In this document: in pieces, positions 22,387 to 35,197 of the stretch
Layout of the letters: every line of letters begins with the position of its first letter
How positions within the stretch are numbered: the first letter of the stretch is position 1
Assembly: GCA_965248535.1 (NCBI GenBank)
Contig: CBDFJR010000005.1
Span: forward strand, 1,248,001 to 1,312,000
Reading direction: 5' to 3'
Source of the DNA: Phormidesmis sp.
GTDB taxonomy: Bacteria > Cyanobacteriota > Cyanobacteriia > Leptolyngbyales > Leptolyngbyaceae
DNA: 64,000 bases
The notes under the pieces: generated by a model
Databases searched by the model: none
Seen by the model: only the letters and a program-made list of their open reading frames with translations
What the model was told of the DNA's origin: nothing
Translations under genes and position numbers: made by a program

Positions 22387-23253
22387 CTAACCGATCGCGG
22401 CCGCCCATTGTCCCTCGCTGTCTTGAGTCAACGGCTTAGGTCTGACTCGCTGACCCGGCAATGGTTTCACCCCACGGGTCACCTGATGAATCCACCAAAA
22501 CTCCTGGGTCTGAACTGCGCCAAACCCGGCGGCTCCCATCCAGGCATCTAAATTGCCAGCCGCATAGTCTTGAATATAGGGTTCTTCAAAGATTTGAGTC
22601 AGCCACTCAGTCTGTCTGAGAGTTTTTTGATTGCCATCTAGAATCAAAACTTCGCCCCCAACGCTCAGAAGTCGATAGCTTTCTTGCAAAATGGTTGCGG
22701 CGATCGCGGGTGGCGTTTCGTGAAACAACAGCGATGCCGTCACCAAATCAAACGACGCATCAGGAAAGCGAGTGTGTTCAGCATTGCCCTGCTGCCATGT
22801 GATCTTTAACCCGGCTTGAGTGGCTTTATGATCAGCAACCACGAGCATATAAGGCGATAAATCGATGCCAATCACGTCTGCATCAGGAAACGCTTGTTTA
22901 AGCAACAGCGTTGTAGAACCTGTGCCACAGCCCAAATCGAGAATGCGACGGGGCTTGGTTTGAATCGAATCAATCAAACTCTGACGCACCCACGTCTCGT
23001 TAGGCGGCAGCGCATATTGCGTAATCGGATCGTAAGAAACCGCAGCACTAATATTTAGATAGCCGTTTTCAATGCTGTGAAAGTGTTGACTGCTGTAGTA
23101 CTCAGGATAGGTGAGTTGCGGATCTCGAAAGCGATCGCTCTCGGTTTGCCAGTCAATGCTTTCATAAAACCGTCGCAGAGCAGGTTCGTCGATCAACAGA
23201 CGAGCGATCGGGGCCAAATATTGTTCAAAAATCGTGTCTTTACGAACTGCCAT
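22387..23253 (-). CDS. Class I SAM-dependent methyltransferase
   Basis: ILDLGCGTG, GIDLSPYML, FDLVTASLLFHE. Confidence 0.92.
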   Translation of the reverse strand: MAVRKDTIFEQYLAPIARLLIDEPALRRFYESIDWQTESDRFRDPQLTYPEYYSSQHFHSIENGYLNISAAVSYDPITQYALPPNETWVRQSLIDSIQTKPRRILDLGCGTGSTTLLLKQAFPDADVIGIDLSPYMLVVADHKATQAGLKITWQQGNAEHTRFPDASFDLVTASLLFHETPPAIAATILQESYRLLSVGGEVLILDGNQKTLRQTEWLTQIFEEPYIQDYAAGNLDAWMGAAGFGAVQTQEFWWIHQVTRGVKPLPGQRVRPKPLTQDSEGQWAAAIG

Positions 23254-23324
23254 AAGCGTTAGATAAAGTGATTGCGACTTGTTTTAGTTTAGTGAATTCT
23301 AGTCATCGGTGCGCTGATTCAGAA

Positions 23325-24023
23325 TCATTTTCGGAGGTGACTCATGCCGCTGCGATACCAGCGAGCAATGCGATCGGGCGACACCCCTAAAAAATAGGTC
23401 AAAATCACGAGTTGATTGATCAAAGTGGTTCTGACTATGCCCAAAGTTTGCCAGCGCCGCCCAGAGGTGATCACGGCGGGAGATACGATCGCGATTCTTC
23501 CGTGCCGTTTGAGTTGCCTCACTAGCTCAAAATCCTCCATGATCGGCAAAGCAGGAAACCCTCCCAGAGCCTGAAATGTCGTGGTTTTGAGAAAAATAGC
23601 CTGGTCACCATAGGGCATTTGCAAATAGCGCGATCGGGCATTTACGCCCCATTCAATCACTCGCAATTTCCACGAAGGCGCATCAATGGCTAGCCGAAAC
23701 GCTCCCGCGATCACGTTAGGCTGACAAAGCGCATCACGAATCGCCGCGTCAAAGTCTTTGGGCAGTTGTGTATCAGCATGAAGAAATAGCACAATGTTGC
23801 CCGTTGCCTGGGCTGCCCCTGCATTCATTTGATGGGCCCGCCCGATCGCAGATTGAATCACCACAACGCCTAGGGAATGGGCGATCGCTTGCGTCTGATC
23901 TTGACTGCCGCCATCAACCACAATGACTTCTATATCAGCCGCTTGTTTGAGAATGGACAGAGTTTTAGAAAGCTGACGAGCTTCGTTGAGAACGGGAATG
24001 ATAATGGAGATGCTTTCAGTCAC
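23325..24023 (-). CDS. GT2 glycosyltransferase (TIGR04283-like)
   Basis: SIIIPVLNE, VDGGS, FLHADT, PYGDQ, MEDFE. Confidence 0.9.
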   Translation of the reverse strand: MTESISIIIPVLNEARQLSKTLSILKQAADIEVIVVDGGSQDQTQAIAHSLGVVVIQSAIGRAHQMNAGAAQATGNIVLFLHADTQLPKDFDAAIRDALCQPNVIAGAFRLAIDAPSWKLRVIEWGVNARSRYLQMPYGDQAIFLKTTTFQALGGFPALPIMEDFELVRQLKRHGRIAIVSPAVITSGRRWQTLGIVRTTLINQLVILTYFLGVSPDRIARWYRSGMSHLRK

Positions 24024-24637
24024 AAGAACGATAACTTCTCCAAATCTTCAGGACGATCAACATCACTGAGCACAGGTAGAGTCACAATGGATAACTGTAG
24101 TGTTTCTGCAATCGTCATTGTCTGCTGATAGACCACAGAAGTGCTCCAATTAATCTCTCGAAATAGATCAGGAATCATAGAGCGCAACCCAATGAGATAA
24201 TAACCACCATCGCTAGCAGAACCGATCACTAAATCATGATCGGCTAGCTTTTGGAATGCTGACGTTAACAGAGACGCATCGAGATCGGGGCAATCAGTCC
24301 CGATCGTGACTACAAATTTTGCGCCGTCATCGAATGCTGATTCAAACGCCTGAGTGATGCGATCGCCCAAATCTCCATCACGCTGAGGGTGATAGTGCAA
24401 ATCAGCCCCTAACCAAGCTTGCATTTGATCCCGATCGCCGTCTGCAAACCACACATCTAGGTCTATGTGCTCGGTTATCAGTCTTGCCTGTGACACCGTG
24501 CGTTCTGCCATTTGGCGATGGAGGGCGGCGGCTCCCGTTGCGCCCAAGGCCGGAATCAGCCGAGTTTTTGCCTTCCCTGGCTCTGGATAGCGCGTGAAAA
24601 TAATAAGGCGGTTCACAGCAGATCCCTGATCGGTCAT
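24020..24637 (-). CDS. TIGR04282/DUF2064-like glycosyltransferase
   Basis: FTRYPEPGKAKTRL, IGTDCP, DGGYYLIG, DVDRPED. Confidence 0.9.
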   Translation of the reverse strand: MTDQGSAVNRLIIFTRYPEPGKAKTRLIPALGATGAAALHRQMAERTVSQARLITEHIDLDVWFADGDRDQMQAWLGADLHYHPQRDGDLGDRITQAFESAFDDGAKFVVTIGTDCPDLDASLLTSAFQKLADHDLVIGSASDGGYYLIGLRSMIPDLFREINWSTSVVYQQTMTIAETLQLSIVTLPVLSDVDRPEDLEKLSFL

Positions 24638-24771
24638 CAGACTCTCATCTTTAGACAGCTTTTCTACTCTAGAGGAAGATGTTGGCTATCTGACAAAAAC
24701 GGGCAACCACCAGCGATCGCCCGTTTATCCGACACGCCGCATCCCTGCCAACGGTGAGATTTCAACCCTCT

Positions 24772-26091
24772 CTACAGGGTTTCCATCACTGATTTTGCGG
24801 CAGCGATCGTGCGATCGATATCCGCCTCGGTGTGAGCCAACGACATAAAGCCCGCTTCAAACTGAGACGGCGCAAGATAAACCCCTTGCTCTAACATGCC
24901 GCGATGGAAGCGCCCAAACTTAGCTAGGTCGCACTGCTTTGCATCTTCATAATTGCGAACCGGGCCTTCAGTGAAGAAGAAGCCAAACATGCCGCTGATT
25001 GAGCCACCGCAGGCCGCATGGCCCGTGTCTTTAGCCCCTTGCAAAAGTCCGGTGACTAGCCGAGTGGTGACCCGATCGAGCAACTCATAGGTTCCCGGTT
25101 GGTGCAACAGTTCCAGGGTCTTGATCCCCGCGGCCATCGCCAGCGGGTTACCAGACAGCGTTCCTGCCTGATACATCGGGCCGGCCGGAGCAACCATCGC
25201 CATGATGTCTCTGCGACCGCCATAGGCCCCCACAGGCAACCCGCCGCCAATCACTTTCCCCAGCGTCGTCAAGTCTGGAGTGATGCCAAACTTCTCTTGC
25301 GCGCCACCGTAGGCAATGCGAAACCCGGTCATCACTTCGTCAAACACCAGCAGAGCGCCATGCTCACGAGTCAACTCTCGCAAGCCTGCCAAAAAGCCTC
25401 GATCGGGCGGAATGAAGCCCGCGTTGCCAACCACAGGTTCTAAAATCACGCCAGCAATCTCACCGGGATGGGCCTTAAACACTGCCTTCACCGCTTCTAG
25501 ATCGTTAAAAGGCGCTGTCAGCGTGTTGTCTGTCGTCGATTTAGGAACACCTGGAGAGTCGGGTAAGCCTAAAGTCGCTACTCCAGATCCCGCTTTCACC
25601 AAAAACATGTCAGCGTGACCGTGATAACAGCCTTCAAACTTGATGATTTTTTCTCGCCCCGTAAAGGCCCGCATCAAGCGCAACACCGACATACACGCCT
25701 CAGTGCCAGAATTGACAAACCGCACCATTTCGACGCTAGGAACGGCATCAATCACCATTTCAGCTAAGACGTTTTCTAACGCATTGGGAGCGCCAAAACT
25801 CGTCCCTTTCTCTAACGTTTCGTGAAGGGCTTTTAAGACTTCGGGGTGGGCGTGACCGCAAATTGCAGGGCCCCAAGAGCCGATATAGTCGATATATTGG
25901 TTGCCATCGACATCCCACGCATAGGCACCTTTGACATGATCGAACACGATCGGCTGTCCGCCTACCGACTTAAACGCTCGCACCGGGGAACTCACCCCAC
26001 CCGGCATGAGTGCTTGGGCGGCAGCAAAGATTTCTTCTGATTTTGTCGTTCTCAACGTGCTTGTGATCAAAGTTTTCTCCTTAGAATCCAT
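24772..26091 (-). CDS. hemL: Glutamate-1-semialdehyde 2,1-aminomutase
   Basis: [35 protein letters not shown]. Confidence 0.97.
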   Translation of the reverse strand: MDSKEKTLITSTLRTTKSEEIFAAAQALMPGGVSSPVRAFKSVGGQPIVFDHVKGAYAWDVDGNQYIDYIGSWGPAICGHAHPEVLKALHETLEKGTSFGAPNALENVLAEMVIDAVPSVEMVRFVNSGTEACMSVLRLMRAFTGREKIIKFEGCYHGHADMFLVKAGSGVATLGLPDSPGVPKSTTDNTLTAPFNDLEAVKAVFKAHPGEIAGVILEPVVGNAGFIPPDRGFLAGLRELTREHGALLVFDEVMTGFRIAYGGAQEKFGITPDLTTLGKVIGGGLPVGAYGGRRDIMAMVAPAGPMYQAGTLSGNPLAMAAGIKTLELLHQPGTYELLDRVTTRLVTGLLQGAKDTGHAACGGSISGMFGFFFTEGPVRNYEDAKQCDLAKFGRFHRGMLEQGVYLAPSQFEAGFMSLAHTEADIDRTIAAAKSVMETL

Positions 26092-26199
26092 TGCGCTGCC
26101 CCCTGAGTTTGATCTCTAAAGATATTCCTCAAGGTAGGCAGATTTCTAGTTAGAGCCAGCCATACTGATCAATTATCTCACTTACCGGAGGCGGCCAAG

Positions 26200-26421
26200 A
26201 TGTCGTATCAAAACAATCAGGAGTTACCTGCGAGCATTCGCAATCAGCTTTCTGAAACGGCTCAACACTTCTACAGAGTAGCGTTTAACTCTGCTCTCCA
26301 GTGGTATGGCGAAGAGGCAAAGGCTCATCAAATCGCATGGAGCGCGGTTAGAAATCAAGCAGTGAGCTTGAATAGTGGAATCTCCCAAGATGCTCGTCTT
26401 GCAAATGTCAAAGCTGCCTAA
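26200..26421 (+). CDS. ChaB-family protein
   Basis: YQNNQELP...AFNSA...AHQIAWSAV; GGAGG RBS. Confidence 0.85.
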   Translation: MSYQNNQELPASIRNQLSETAQHFYRVAFNSALQWYGEEAKAHQIAWSAVRNQAVSLNSGISQDARLANVKAA

Positions 26422-26714
26422 TTTCTTGATTTTTTGAGTTCAATTTTTAGATTGTGAATTTTTGAGGCGGGTGCCTCGCCCTTGGTTGAGGAGAAATTTC
26501 AAATTAGTTGAAGCAAAAATTTATGGGAGTGCGATTTTGCCAAAAGCGGTTGCTTGGCGATAGGCGTGCTCCCATTTTGCGTTGATGAGGTGCTAAATTT
26601 TCCTAGGCGCGATCGCTGGGCAGTCTAACCGTGGCGCTCTGGCGATGGGGAGATTAGCATCTAGCAGCGATCGCGCAAATGATATCGTGAACAGGTGACT
26701 TATCCACCCGTGCC

Positions 26715-27362
26715 ATGTCAGCCTCTAAATCTCTTTCCATAACATCCATTCCGGTTGAGACTATTCAGTATGACGATCGGGGGTTGGTTCCGGCGATCGT
26801 GCAAGATTATCTTGATGGCACCGTTTTGATGATGGCGTGGATGAATCAAGCATCGCTGCAAAAGACTTTAGAGACAGGCGAAACCTGGTTTTGGAGTCGA
26901 TCGCGTCAAGCATTTTGGAACAAAGGCGCAACGTCAGGACACATCCAAAACGTCAAAGCCATCCGCTATGACTGCGACAGCGATGCGCTGCTGGTCACGG
27001 TTGAGCAGATCGGTGATGTCGCGTGCCACACGGGTGAGCGCAGTTGCTTTCATCAGGTCGATGGTGGCGTGACTCCTCCCCCGGCAGATACGCTGTCGCA
27101 AGTGTTTGGGGTGATCTGCGATCGCCGTGACAACCCCAGCGAAGGCTCCTACACCCGCAGCCTTTTAGAGGGTGGCGATAACAAGATTCTCAAAAAAATT
27201 GGCGAAGAAGCAGCAGAAGTAGTGATGGCCTGCAAAGACGATGATGCAGATGCGATCGCCGGAGAAGCGGCCGACTTGCTTTATCACACGCTGGTGGCGA
27301 TCGCTTACCATCATGTAGACATTAAAGCCGTCTACCGTAAGCTACAGGAGCGGCGGCGCTAG
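26715..27362 (+). CDS. hisIE: Bifunctional PR-AMP cyclohydrolase / PR-ATP pyrophosphatase
   Basis: [28 protein letters not shown]. Confidence 0.97.
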   Translation: MSASKSLSITSIPVETIQYDDRGLVPAIVQDYLDGTVLMMAWMNQASLQKTLETGETWFWSRSRQAFWNKGATSGHIQNVKAIRYDCDSDALLVTVEQIGDVACHTGERSCFHQVDGGVTPPPADTLSQVFGVICDRRDNPSEGSYTRSLLEGGDNKILKKIGEEAAEVVMACKDDDADAIAGEAADLLYHTLVAIAYHHVDIKAVYRKLQERRR

Positions 27363-27366
27363 AGGT

Positions 27367-27558
27367 ATGGAACCCACGACTGATCAGGCTCAGGGACTTT
27401 ACAGACTTTGTTATCGACTAACGAATGTGATCTACCCTGGCTGGCAATTTAGAGCCGTTGAACTGATTAGAATCGATCAACGGACTGGAAACCTCTAGGT
27501 ACTCGCTGGAGATAGCCTTGACTTTGAGATTAAACCAACCGGAGGGTATGAGCCATGA
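27367..27558 (+). pseudogene. Small DUF6888-like gene with internal TAG (27496-27498)
   Basis: MEPTTDQAQGLYRLCYRLTN...IRIDQRTGNL*VLAGDSLDFEIKPTGG; GAGG RBS; ATGA overlap with next gene. Confidence 0.65.
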
Positions 27559-27767
27559 CGTTAGCCAATGATGATGCAATGAATCTTGATCAGCTACGTG
27601 AGTATGTTCTCACCCATCGAGAAGACATCACTGCTTTTCAAAAGTACGTCGATCGCTCCAAAGCAGCAGGACGCATGATCACCATTCAAACTAACGATCC
27701 CCACTGGGAAGAAAGCCTGGAAAAGAGAATTCAGCAAGCCGCCTCTGGAGATAGGGAGTCAAATTAG
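27555..27767 (+). CDS. Small DUF6887-like protein (putative TA partner)
   Basis: MNLDQLREYVLTHREDITAF pattern; coupled to upstream gene. Confidence 0.7.
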   Translation: MTLANDDAMNLDQLREYVLTHREDITAFQKYVDRSKAAGRMITIQTNDPHWEESLEKRIQQAASGDRESN

Positions 27768-27798
27768 GTTGCCTAAGCGACTTTCTGCGCTTGGTTTT

Positions 27799-27864
27799 GC
27801 GATCGCCTACCACGATGTAGACATCAAAGCCATCTATCGCAAATTGCAGGAGCGAAGGAGATAG
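27799..27864 (+). repeat. Diverged duplicate of the last 66 bp of hisIE
   Basis: [21 protein letters not shown] vs [21 protein letters not shown] at 27297-27362. Confidence 0.92.
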
Positions 27865-27876
27865 AAGCTGCGGTGG

Positions 27877-28743
27877 TTATCGCCTGCCTGCTAACTTCAG
27901 TTTTTGCTTGACGACCAGCCATAAGAATGGTAGGTCATCGATGAGATAGCGTCGCCAGAGGCGATTAGGTTCACACCCTAGACGATAGAGCCACTCTAGA
28001 CCTAGTTGGCTCATCCAGTCTGGCGATCGGGGTTTGTTTCCGGCTTCAAAGTCGATTGAGGCACCCACCGCCATAAAAATATCAATTTTGGGAAGCTGAT
28101 CTTTATAGTTAGAAATCCAGATCTCTTGTTTGGGTGCGCCGACCCCAATCACTAAAACCGTTGCCGGGGAGTGATTGATCATCTGCACGATCGCTTGACA
28201 CTCCCCTTCGTCTTTCTCAAACCCAAAAGAGGGAGAATGGGCCGCCACAATAATGTCTCGTCCGGTTTTGCAGTTGATGCGATCGCGAGCGCGATCGGCA
28301 ATGCCCTCAGCCCCCCCTAACAAAAAGATTTTGATTTTATCGTTAGTTTTATGATGATCACAAAAAACTGGAAAAAGCTCAGAGCCAGAAATCTTGGCTT
28401 GGAGAGGAGACCCCAAAAACTTAGAGGCATAGAGAACAATTTGGCTATCGCAAATCTTATAGTCTGCCATTTCATAAGCCTGGCGGAAGGTTGGGTCATG
28501 CCGCAGCTTCATCAAATGATCGACGTTTGGGGTAAAGACTACCCCTTTGGTGAGTCGCTCTAGAAGCTCAGTTCTCGATAGGTTATCGATTTGAACGTCT
28601 AAGACTTCGACTTTCTCACGGAGTGATGTGCGATTTTCACGAGTGATTTCGTTAGCCGTCGAAGCAAGAACGGCTTTTCTAAAATCTCGATAAAGCCGTT
28701 GCACCTCTTCTTTTTTGACAACCCTTGGAATTTCTTGCGCCAT
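27877..28743 (-). CDS. WecB/TagA/CpsF glycosyltransferase
   Basis: TPNVDH, GVGAPKQE, GLEWLYRL, RLWRRY. Confidence 0.92.
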   Translation of the reverse strand: MAQEIPRVVKKEEVQRLYRDFRKAVLASTANEITRENRTSLREKVEVLDVQIDNLSRTELLERLTKGVVFTPNVDHLMKLRHDPTFRQAYEMADYKICDSQIVLYASKFLGSPLQAKISGSELFPVFCDHHKTNDKIKIFLLGGAEGIADRARDRINCKTGRDIIVAAHSPSFGFEKDEGECQAIVQMINHSPATVLVIGVGAPKQEIWISNYKDQLPKIDIFMAVGASIDFEAGNKPRSPDWMSQLGLEWLYRLGCEPNRLWRRYLIDDLPFLWLVVKQKLKLAGRR

Positions 28744-28945
28744 GATAATTCAGCTTGCAAATGACTAGATGCGCCCTATCTCGACTAAAAGGCACGATCG
28801 CATCCCTACAACATAGGGTATGTTAGCAAGCCAGACTCGCGCCATACACCTCTAGTCATAGAGTGCCCAATGTGACTCAGATCTCAGTATTATGATGAAA
28901 TCATCGGAAAGTTTCAGCAACCTTGAATGATTATAAGGGGCTGAC

Positions 28946-29878
28946 TCACAAAACCTTTGCTCTTAACCATGCGATCGGTAGCGCCACGATCTTTTTAGGC
29001 TTTGATACATAGGCCCGTTGGCGAAAATTATCGTAATCGTTGCGCTCAATCACCTCTAAAATCTGACTGTAGAGCATGAGGGCAGACCAGACTGGCCACC
29101 GAGCATCTTGGCTCAGGGCCCCGATGCCACTTTCTGCTAGAGCATAAAACTTGCGCGCTCGTTGAATCTGAAACGCCATCAACGCTCGCCAGCGATCGTC
29201 AACCACGCCCTTGAGCAACTCGGCCTCAGTGTAGTTAAACAGGGCTAAATCTTCGAGCGGCAGATAGATGCGCCCCCGACTAGCATCTTCACCGACATCG
29301 CGCAGAATGTTCGTGAGTTGGTTGGCAATGCCGAGAGCGATCGCTTCATCGATCGGGTGGCTGGTTTTGGGCTGATCCCACGGCGCAGTGGATAGAGTCT
29401 CATCGCGACCCATCACGGTTGTAGACATCAACCCAACGGTGCCTGCGACGCGATAGCAATAGAGTCTTAGCTCATCAAAGGTCTGATAGCGACTGCGATA
29501 CAGATCCATGCGCTGCCCCGCAATCATGTCTTTGAATGGCTCAATATCAAGCGGAAAGCGCTCTAGGGTGTCTACTAGCGCCACATCGTAGTGATCGTGG
29601 GGGTGACCCGCAAAAATGGCTTCGAGTCGTCGCTCCCACTGATCGAGGGTCTCGTTAGTCGTCAAGTTGGCGTTGGGGCCATCGACCAGTTCATCGGTGC
29701 GACGGCACCAGACATAGATTGCCCAGATTGCCCGACGTTTTTCCGCCGACATCAAGAGCGTTCCTAGATAGAACGTTTTGGAATACGTTGCCGTGATTTT
29801 GCGGCAGTGCTCGTAGGCTTCTTCTACAGAAGCCAGGGTTCTCATACAGGAGGTAGTTGGTTCGGGCAATTGCAGCAT
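28946..29878 (-). CDS. crtB: Phytoene synthase
   Basis: [30 protein letters not shown]. Confidence 0.97.
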   Translation of the reverse strand: MLQLPEPTTSCMRTLASVEEAYEHCRKITATYSKTFYLGTLLMSAEKRRAIWAIYVWCRRTDELVDGPNANLTTNETLDQWERRLEAIFAGHPHDHYDVALVDTLERFPLDIEPFKDMIAGQRMDLYRSRYQTFDELRLYCYRVAGTVGLMSTTVMGRDETLSTAPWDQPKTSHPIDEAIALGIANQLTNILRDVGEDASRGRIYLPLEDLALFNYTEAELLKGVVDDRWRALMAFQIQRARKFYALAESGIGALSQDARWPVWSALMLYSQILEVIERNDYDNFRQRAYVSKPKKIVALPIAWLRAKVL

Positions 29879-29915
29879 TCTGTTGCAGTCTGGAGGGTTG
29901 ACAAAGCGCTACTTG

Positions 29916-31394
<1,479 letters not shown>

Positions 31395-31933
31395 TTACAT
31401 TTGCCGTCTTTGACCAGGATTGCTGTCTGCAACCAAAATAAGGAGTTAGGGACGACGCTAGATCCAGCCCTTCACAATTCTTTATATTTTTTGCCCCCGG
31501 CAAAGTCGTTGAGGGCGATCGCGATTCGTGAAGAGAGAGTCTGGGCGAACCTGTTGAGTCTATCGAGGTTTGAGGGTTCGTCGATCAATAGTTTCTGTGA
31601 AGAGCATTTTAGCGAGTTGAGGGAGATCTGCGATCGTCCTTTAGCCATCTCTCGTTTAATGTTGTCAACAGTGTGACAAGCGGGTACTATTTAGCCAAAC
31701 TTGACGCTGTGTTCCGGTCTTCACCAAAATTGCCTGTTCGCGTCAATCAATCTGTGTTCTTTAGACGGTTTGCAACGCCTTGCTCTTTACTCCGATCGCG
31801 ACTACCCAGATTGCAAAGCTCTATCAGCTAACGTTTAGTCGCTGCTTGCAAACCCTCAGTCACCCATTCTGAGAGCCTACCTACCTAAAACTCGGCTAAA
31901 GGCACTTCTCAGTTCTCAGAGGAAAAAATCATC

Positions 31934-34021
31934 GTGTTAGACTCCAATCCTGTCACCCAAGCATCTGCTGGGGGTGTAAATCTCGCTGCGCCTATCTCGC
32001 AGACCTCTACCGGAATCACTCAATCTAGCAGTTCAATCTTTCCAAACTTAACGTCTAGCTCGACCGCACCTTCGACCCAGGGAACGGGATTATCCGCTCA
32101 ATATTTCAATAGTCAAGACTTTAAGAATCCGGTTTTGACTCGCACAGATGCCACCATAAATTTTGATTGGAGGCAGGGTTCACCCGATGGAGCGATCGCG
32201 TCTGACCATTTTTCAGGGCGCTGGACTGGGCAGATCTTGCCGACTCAATCAGAAGCCTACACGTTCTACACCCGCTCAGATGATGGAGTCAGACTGTGGA
32301 TCAATGGACAACTGCTGATCGATCACTGGACTCCGCACGCGGTTGCTGAAGACAGCGGTGTGATCAATCTGATTGCTGGACAGAAGGTGAGTGTTCAGCT
32401 TGACTATTATGAGCAGGGCGGCGATGCCATGACTCAACTGCTGTGGTCTAGCCCCAGCCGAGTCAAAGAAGTGATTCCTCAAAGTCAGCTTTTCCCAAGC
32501 GATCTGGCTGCTCGCAGTCAAGCGGTTAATTTCAGCAATGCTCTAGACTGGGGCACCTTGGGCACCAAAGAGGGGAGAGATAGCGTCAGTTCTACCAATC
32601 GCAGCGATTATTATCGCTTTAGTGTAGACACCGCCAGTCACTTAAACTTGAATCTAAGTGGGCTAACGGCTAACGCTAATCTCAATGTGTTAGATAGCCA
32701 GGGCAACGTGCTCAATGCTTCAGCCAATGATGGAACTATGTTAGAGACGATCGATGCACTGCTCAATGCAGGCACCTATTATCTTCAGGTGTATACGACC
32801 GGAGATGTTCAGACTAATTATCTGCTGTCGGCGATCGGGCGATCGTTGACTGAGCAAGCCAAGAGCGCTGACTCATTTATAGACTCGATGGGCATTGTGA
32901 CTCATTTGCGCTATACCGACACGAGCTATGGGCGCTATAGCGATGTGGTCGAACCCAGACTACGGGAGCTAGGCATTCGTCATGTTAGAGACGGGGGCAA
33001 CAATGATGGGATGTTTGAGAAACTCAATCGGCTGGCGAGTTTTGGGATTCGATCGACCCTCGTGATGGACCCTCGCGACGGCATTACTCCCGATAATGCG
33101 GTGGAGTTGCTCAAAAAAGTGTTGCCGTCGGTGACCGCGATCGAAGGCCCTAACGAGTGGGATGTCAACTCGACCTTGACCTATAAAGGCAAGTCGTTTC
33201 CTGATGGGGTAATTGATTATCAAACAGACTTATATAAGGCGGTGAAAGGCAACCCGGCGACGGCGTTTGTGTCGGTCTTGGCTCCTTCGCTGGCGTTTTC
33301 TGAAAACGGGTCTCGTCTGACCTCTTTAGAATCGGTGATCGATGGGGGCAATATGCACAGCTATGCGGGAGGCAACCAACCCGATCAGGATTTAGATACC
33401 AAGTGGATTCCCAACACGCAAAAAGTTTCGGGAACTCGCCCGATCGTGGCGACTGAGACCGGGTGGCACAATGCGGTCAACGACTCAAATGCTAGCCAAA
33501 AGGGAGTCTCAGAGGGCGTTTCTGCAAAATATGTGCCTCGACTGTTTTTAGACTATTTCAATCGCGGCGTGAAACGCACCTTTTTGTATGAACTAATGGA
33601 TGAACGAGCCAAGTCTGACATGGAGAACAACTTTGGGTTAATTAGAGCCGATGGCACTCCTAAGCCTGCATTTTATTCGCTAAAAAACCTGATTGGTTTG
33701 CTGCAAGATTCCCAGGGTGCGGCGGTTTCGGGTTCTCTCAGCTATTATTTGACGGGCAACACACAAAACCTGCGGCACACGCTGCTGCAAAAGAGCAACG
33801 GCGATCGTTACTTAGTGATGTGGCTAGAGGTCACTAGCACAGACGCGCCTGTCAGCCAAAAAGTCACCCTAAATTTGATCAGCCCGACTCAACAAGCGAC
33901 GACTTATTTGACCAATCGCTCGATCGATCCGGTGGGTCAATACACCGCCCCAACCCAAATTGCGTTAGAGGTTCCCGATTCGCCGTTAGTCATAAAATTG
34001 ACTCCAAAAGCGACGAGTTAG
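31934..34021 (+). CDS. PA14 + PPC domain protein with C-terminal clan-A-like glycoside hydrolase
   Basis: GLSAQYF/SDDGVRLWING (PA14); DYYRF/GTYYLQV (PPC); EGPNEWD and ATETGW catalytic-like motifs. Confidence 0.8.
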   Translation: MLDSNPVTQASAGGVNLAAPISQTSTGITQSSSSIFPNLTSSSTAPSTQGTGLSAQYFNSQDFKNPVLTRTDATINFDWRQGSPDGAIASDHFSGRWTGQILPTQSEAYTFYTRSDDGVRLWINGQLLIDHWTPHAVAEDSGVINLIAGQKVSVQLDYYEQGGDAMTQLLWSSPSRVKEVIPQSQLFPSDLAARSQAVNFSNALDWGTLGTKEGRDSVSSTNRSDYYRFSVDTASHLNLNLSGLTANANLNVLDSQGNVLNASANDGTMLETIDALLNAGTYYLQVYTTGDVQTNYLLSAIGRSLTEQAKSADSFIDSMGIVTHLRYTDTSYGRYSDVVEPRLRELGIRHVRDGGNNDGMFEKLNRLASFGIRSTLVMDPRDGITPDNAVELLKKVLPSVTAIEGPNEWDVNSTLTYKGKSFPDGVIDYQTDLYKAVKGNPATAFVSVLAPSLAFSENGSRLTSLESVIDGGNMHSYAGGNQPDQDLDTKWIPNTQKVSGTRPIVATETGWHNAVNDSNASQKGVSEGVSAKYVPRLFLDYFNRGVKRTFLYELMDERAKSDMENNFGLIRADGTPKPAFYSLKNLIGLLQDSQGAAVSGSLSYYLTGNTQNLRHTLLQKSNGDRYLVMWLEVTSTDAPVSQKVTLNLISPTQQATTYLTNRSIDPVGQYTAPTQIALEVPDSPLVIKLTPKATS

Positions 34022-34051
34022 AATCCAAGATTCAAGTTCACGCGAAACGTA

Positions 34052-34085
34052 AGATCTCCGATTTCTCCTGAGAAGTCGGGGATCT
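34052..34085. repeat. Intergenic palindromic hairpin
   Basis: agatctccgatttct-cctg-agaagtcggggatct. Confidence 0.6.
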
Positions 34086-34115
34086 GAGTGAATCCCTCGA
34101 TAGATAAATTCTATA

Positions 34116-35189
34116 ATGACATTTCAACAAATTTTTAATGCTGCGCCTAACGTTGAAGCGAGTGCTCCCGGACGGGTTAATCTCTTGGGCGAACACACAG
34201 ACTATAACGATGGGTTTGTGCTGCCGACTGCGATTCCTCAAACGACGATCGTGCATCTCGGTTTTAGCCCCAACCATCAGCATCATTTTTATTCTCACGA
34301 GCTTGAAGAATTGGTCAGTTCAACGACGGCTGACCCGATTCCGTCAGGCTTTGGGAGCTATGCGATCGGGTGTCTTCGAGTTTTAGAGCAAGCTGGATAT
34401 TCGATTCCGCCGCTGAATGTTTATGTGAATTCTACAGTTCCGATCGGGTCTGGTTTGTCGAGCAGTGCCGCGCTAGAAGTGGCGTTTTTGAGAGGGATAC
34501 GATCGCTGCTCTCCCTCGATTTTGACGACATCCGCATCGCCCAACTGGCTCAACAAGCCGAAATTGACTATGCAGGGGTGCAGTGCGGCATTATGGATCA
34601 GATGGCCGCTAGTCTCGCAAATACTCAGCAATTGTTGTTTTTAGACACGCGGTTGCTCGATCGTGAGTTGCTGCCCTTTCCCGCAGGTGCAGAAGTGCTG
34701 GTGATTGACAGCGGCATTCCACGAACCCTGGCAGGAAGTGGCTATAATCAACGCCGCGCAGAATGCGAAGAAGCTGCCAGACGATTGGGAGTTAAAGCGC
34801 TGCGAGACATTAATAACACAACACAACTGGAAACGCTGCCTGAACTGCTAAAAAAACGAGCGCGACATGTCATCACTGAAAATAATCGCGTCTTAGAAGC
34901 TAAACAAGGCATCACAGCCGCCAGATTTGGAGACTTAATGAACGCCTCTCATGCAAGTCTGCGAGATGATTATCAAGTCTCGATCGCAGGTCTCGATCAA
35001 TTGGTCTCCATTCTGCAAGCAACGCCTGATGTGTTTGGAGCGCGACTCACTGGGGCGGGCTTTGGCGGGGCATGTGTGGCGCTGGTGACGCAAGGGACGG
35101 CAGGTACGATCGCGCAAACCGTGCTAGAGTCCTACCGTAAAGCAGGGTTCACAGGGCGGCTTCTCGTTCCCGAAACTCACAACATTTAG
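34116..35189 (+). CDS. galK: Galactokinase
   Basis: APGRVNLLGEHTDYN, GSGLSSSAA, GARLTGAGFGG. Confidence 0.96.
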   Translation: MTFQQIFNAAPNVEASAPGRVNLLGEHTDYNDGFVLPTAIPQTTIVHLGFSPNHQHHFYSHELEELVSSTTADPIPSGFGSYAIGCLRVLEQAGYSIPPLNVYVNSTVPIGSGLSSSAALEVAFLRGIRSLLSLDFDDIRIAQLAQQAEIDYAGVQCGIMDQMAASLANTQQLLFLDTRLLDRELLPFPAGAEVLVIDSGIPRTLAGSGYNQRRAECEEAARRLGVKALRDINNTTQLETLPELLKKRARHVITENNRVLEAKQGITAARFGDLMNASHASLRDDYQVSIAGLDQLVSILQATPDVFGARLTGAGFGGACVALVTQGTAGTIAQTVLESYRKAGFTGRLLVPETHNI

Positions 35190-35197
35190 AGGACACT

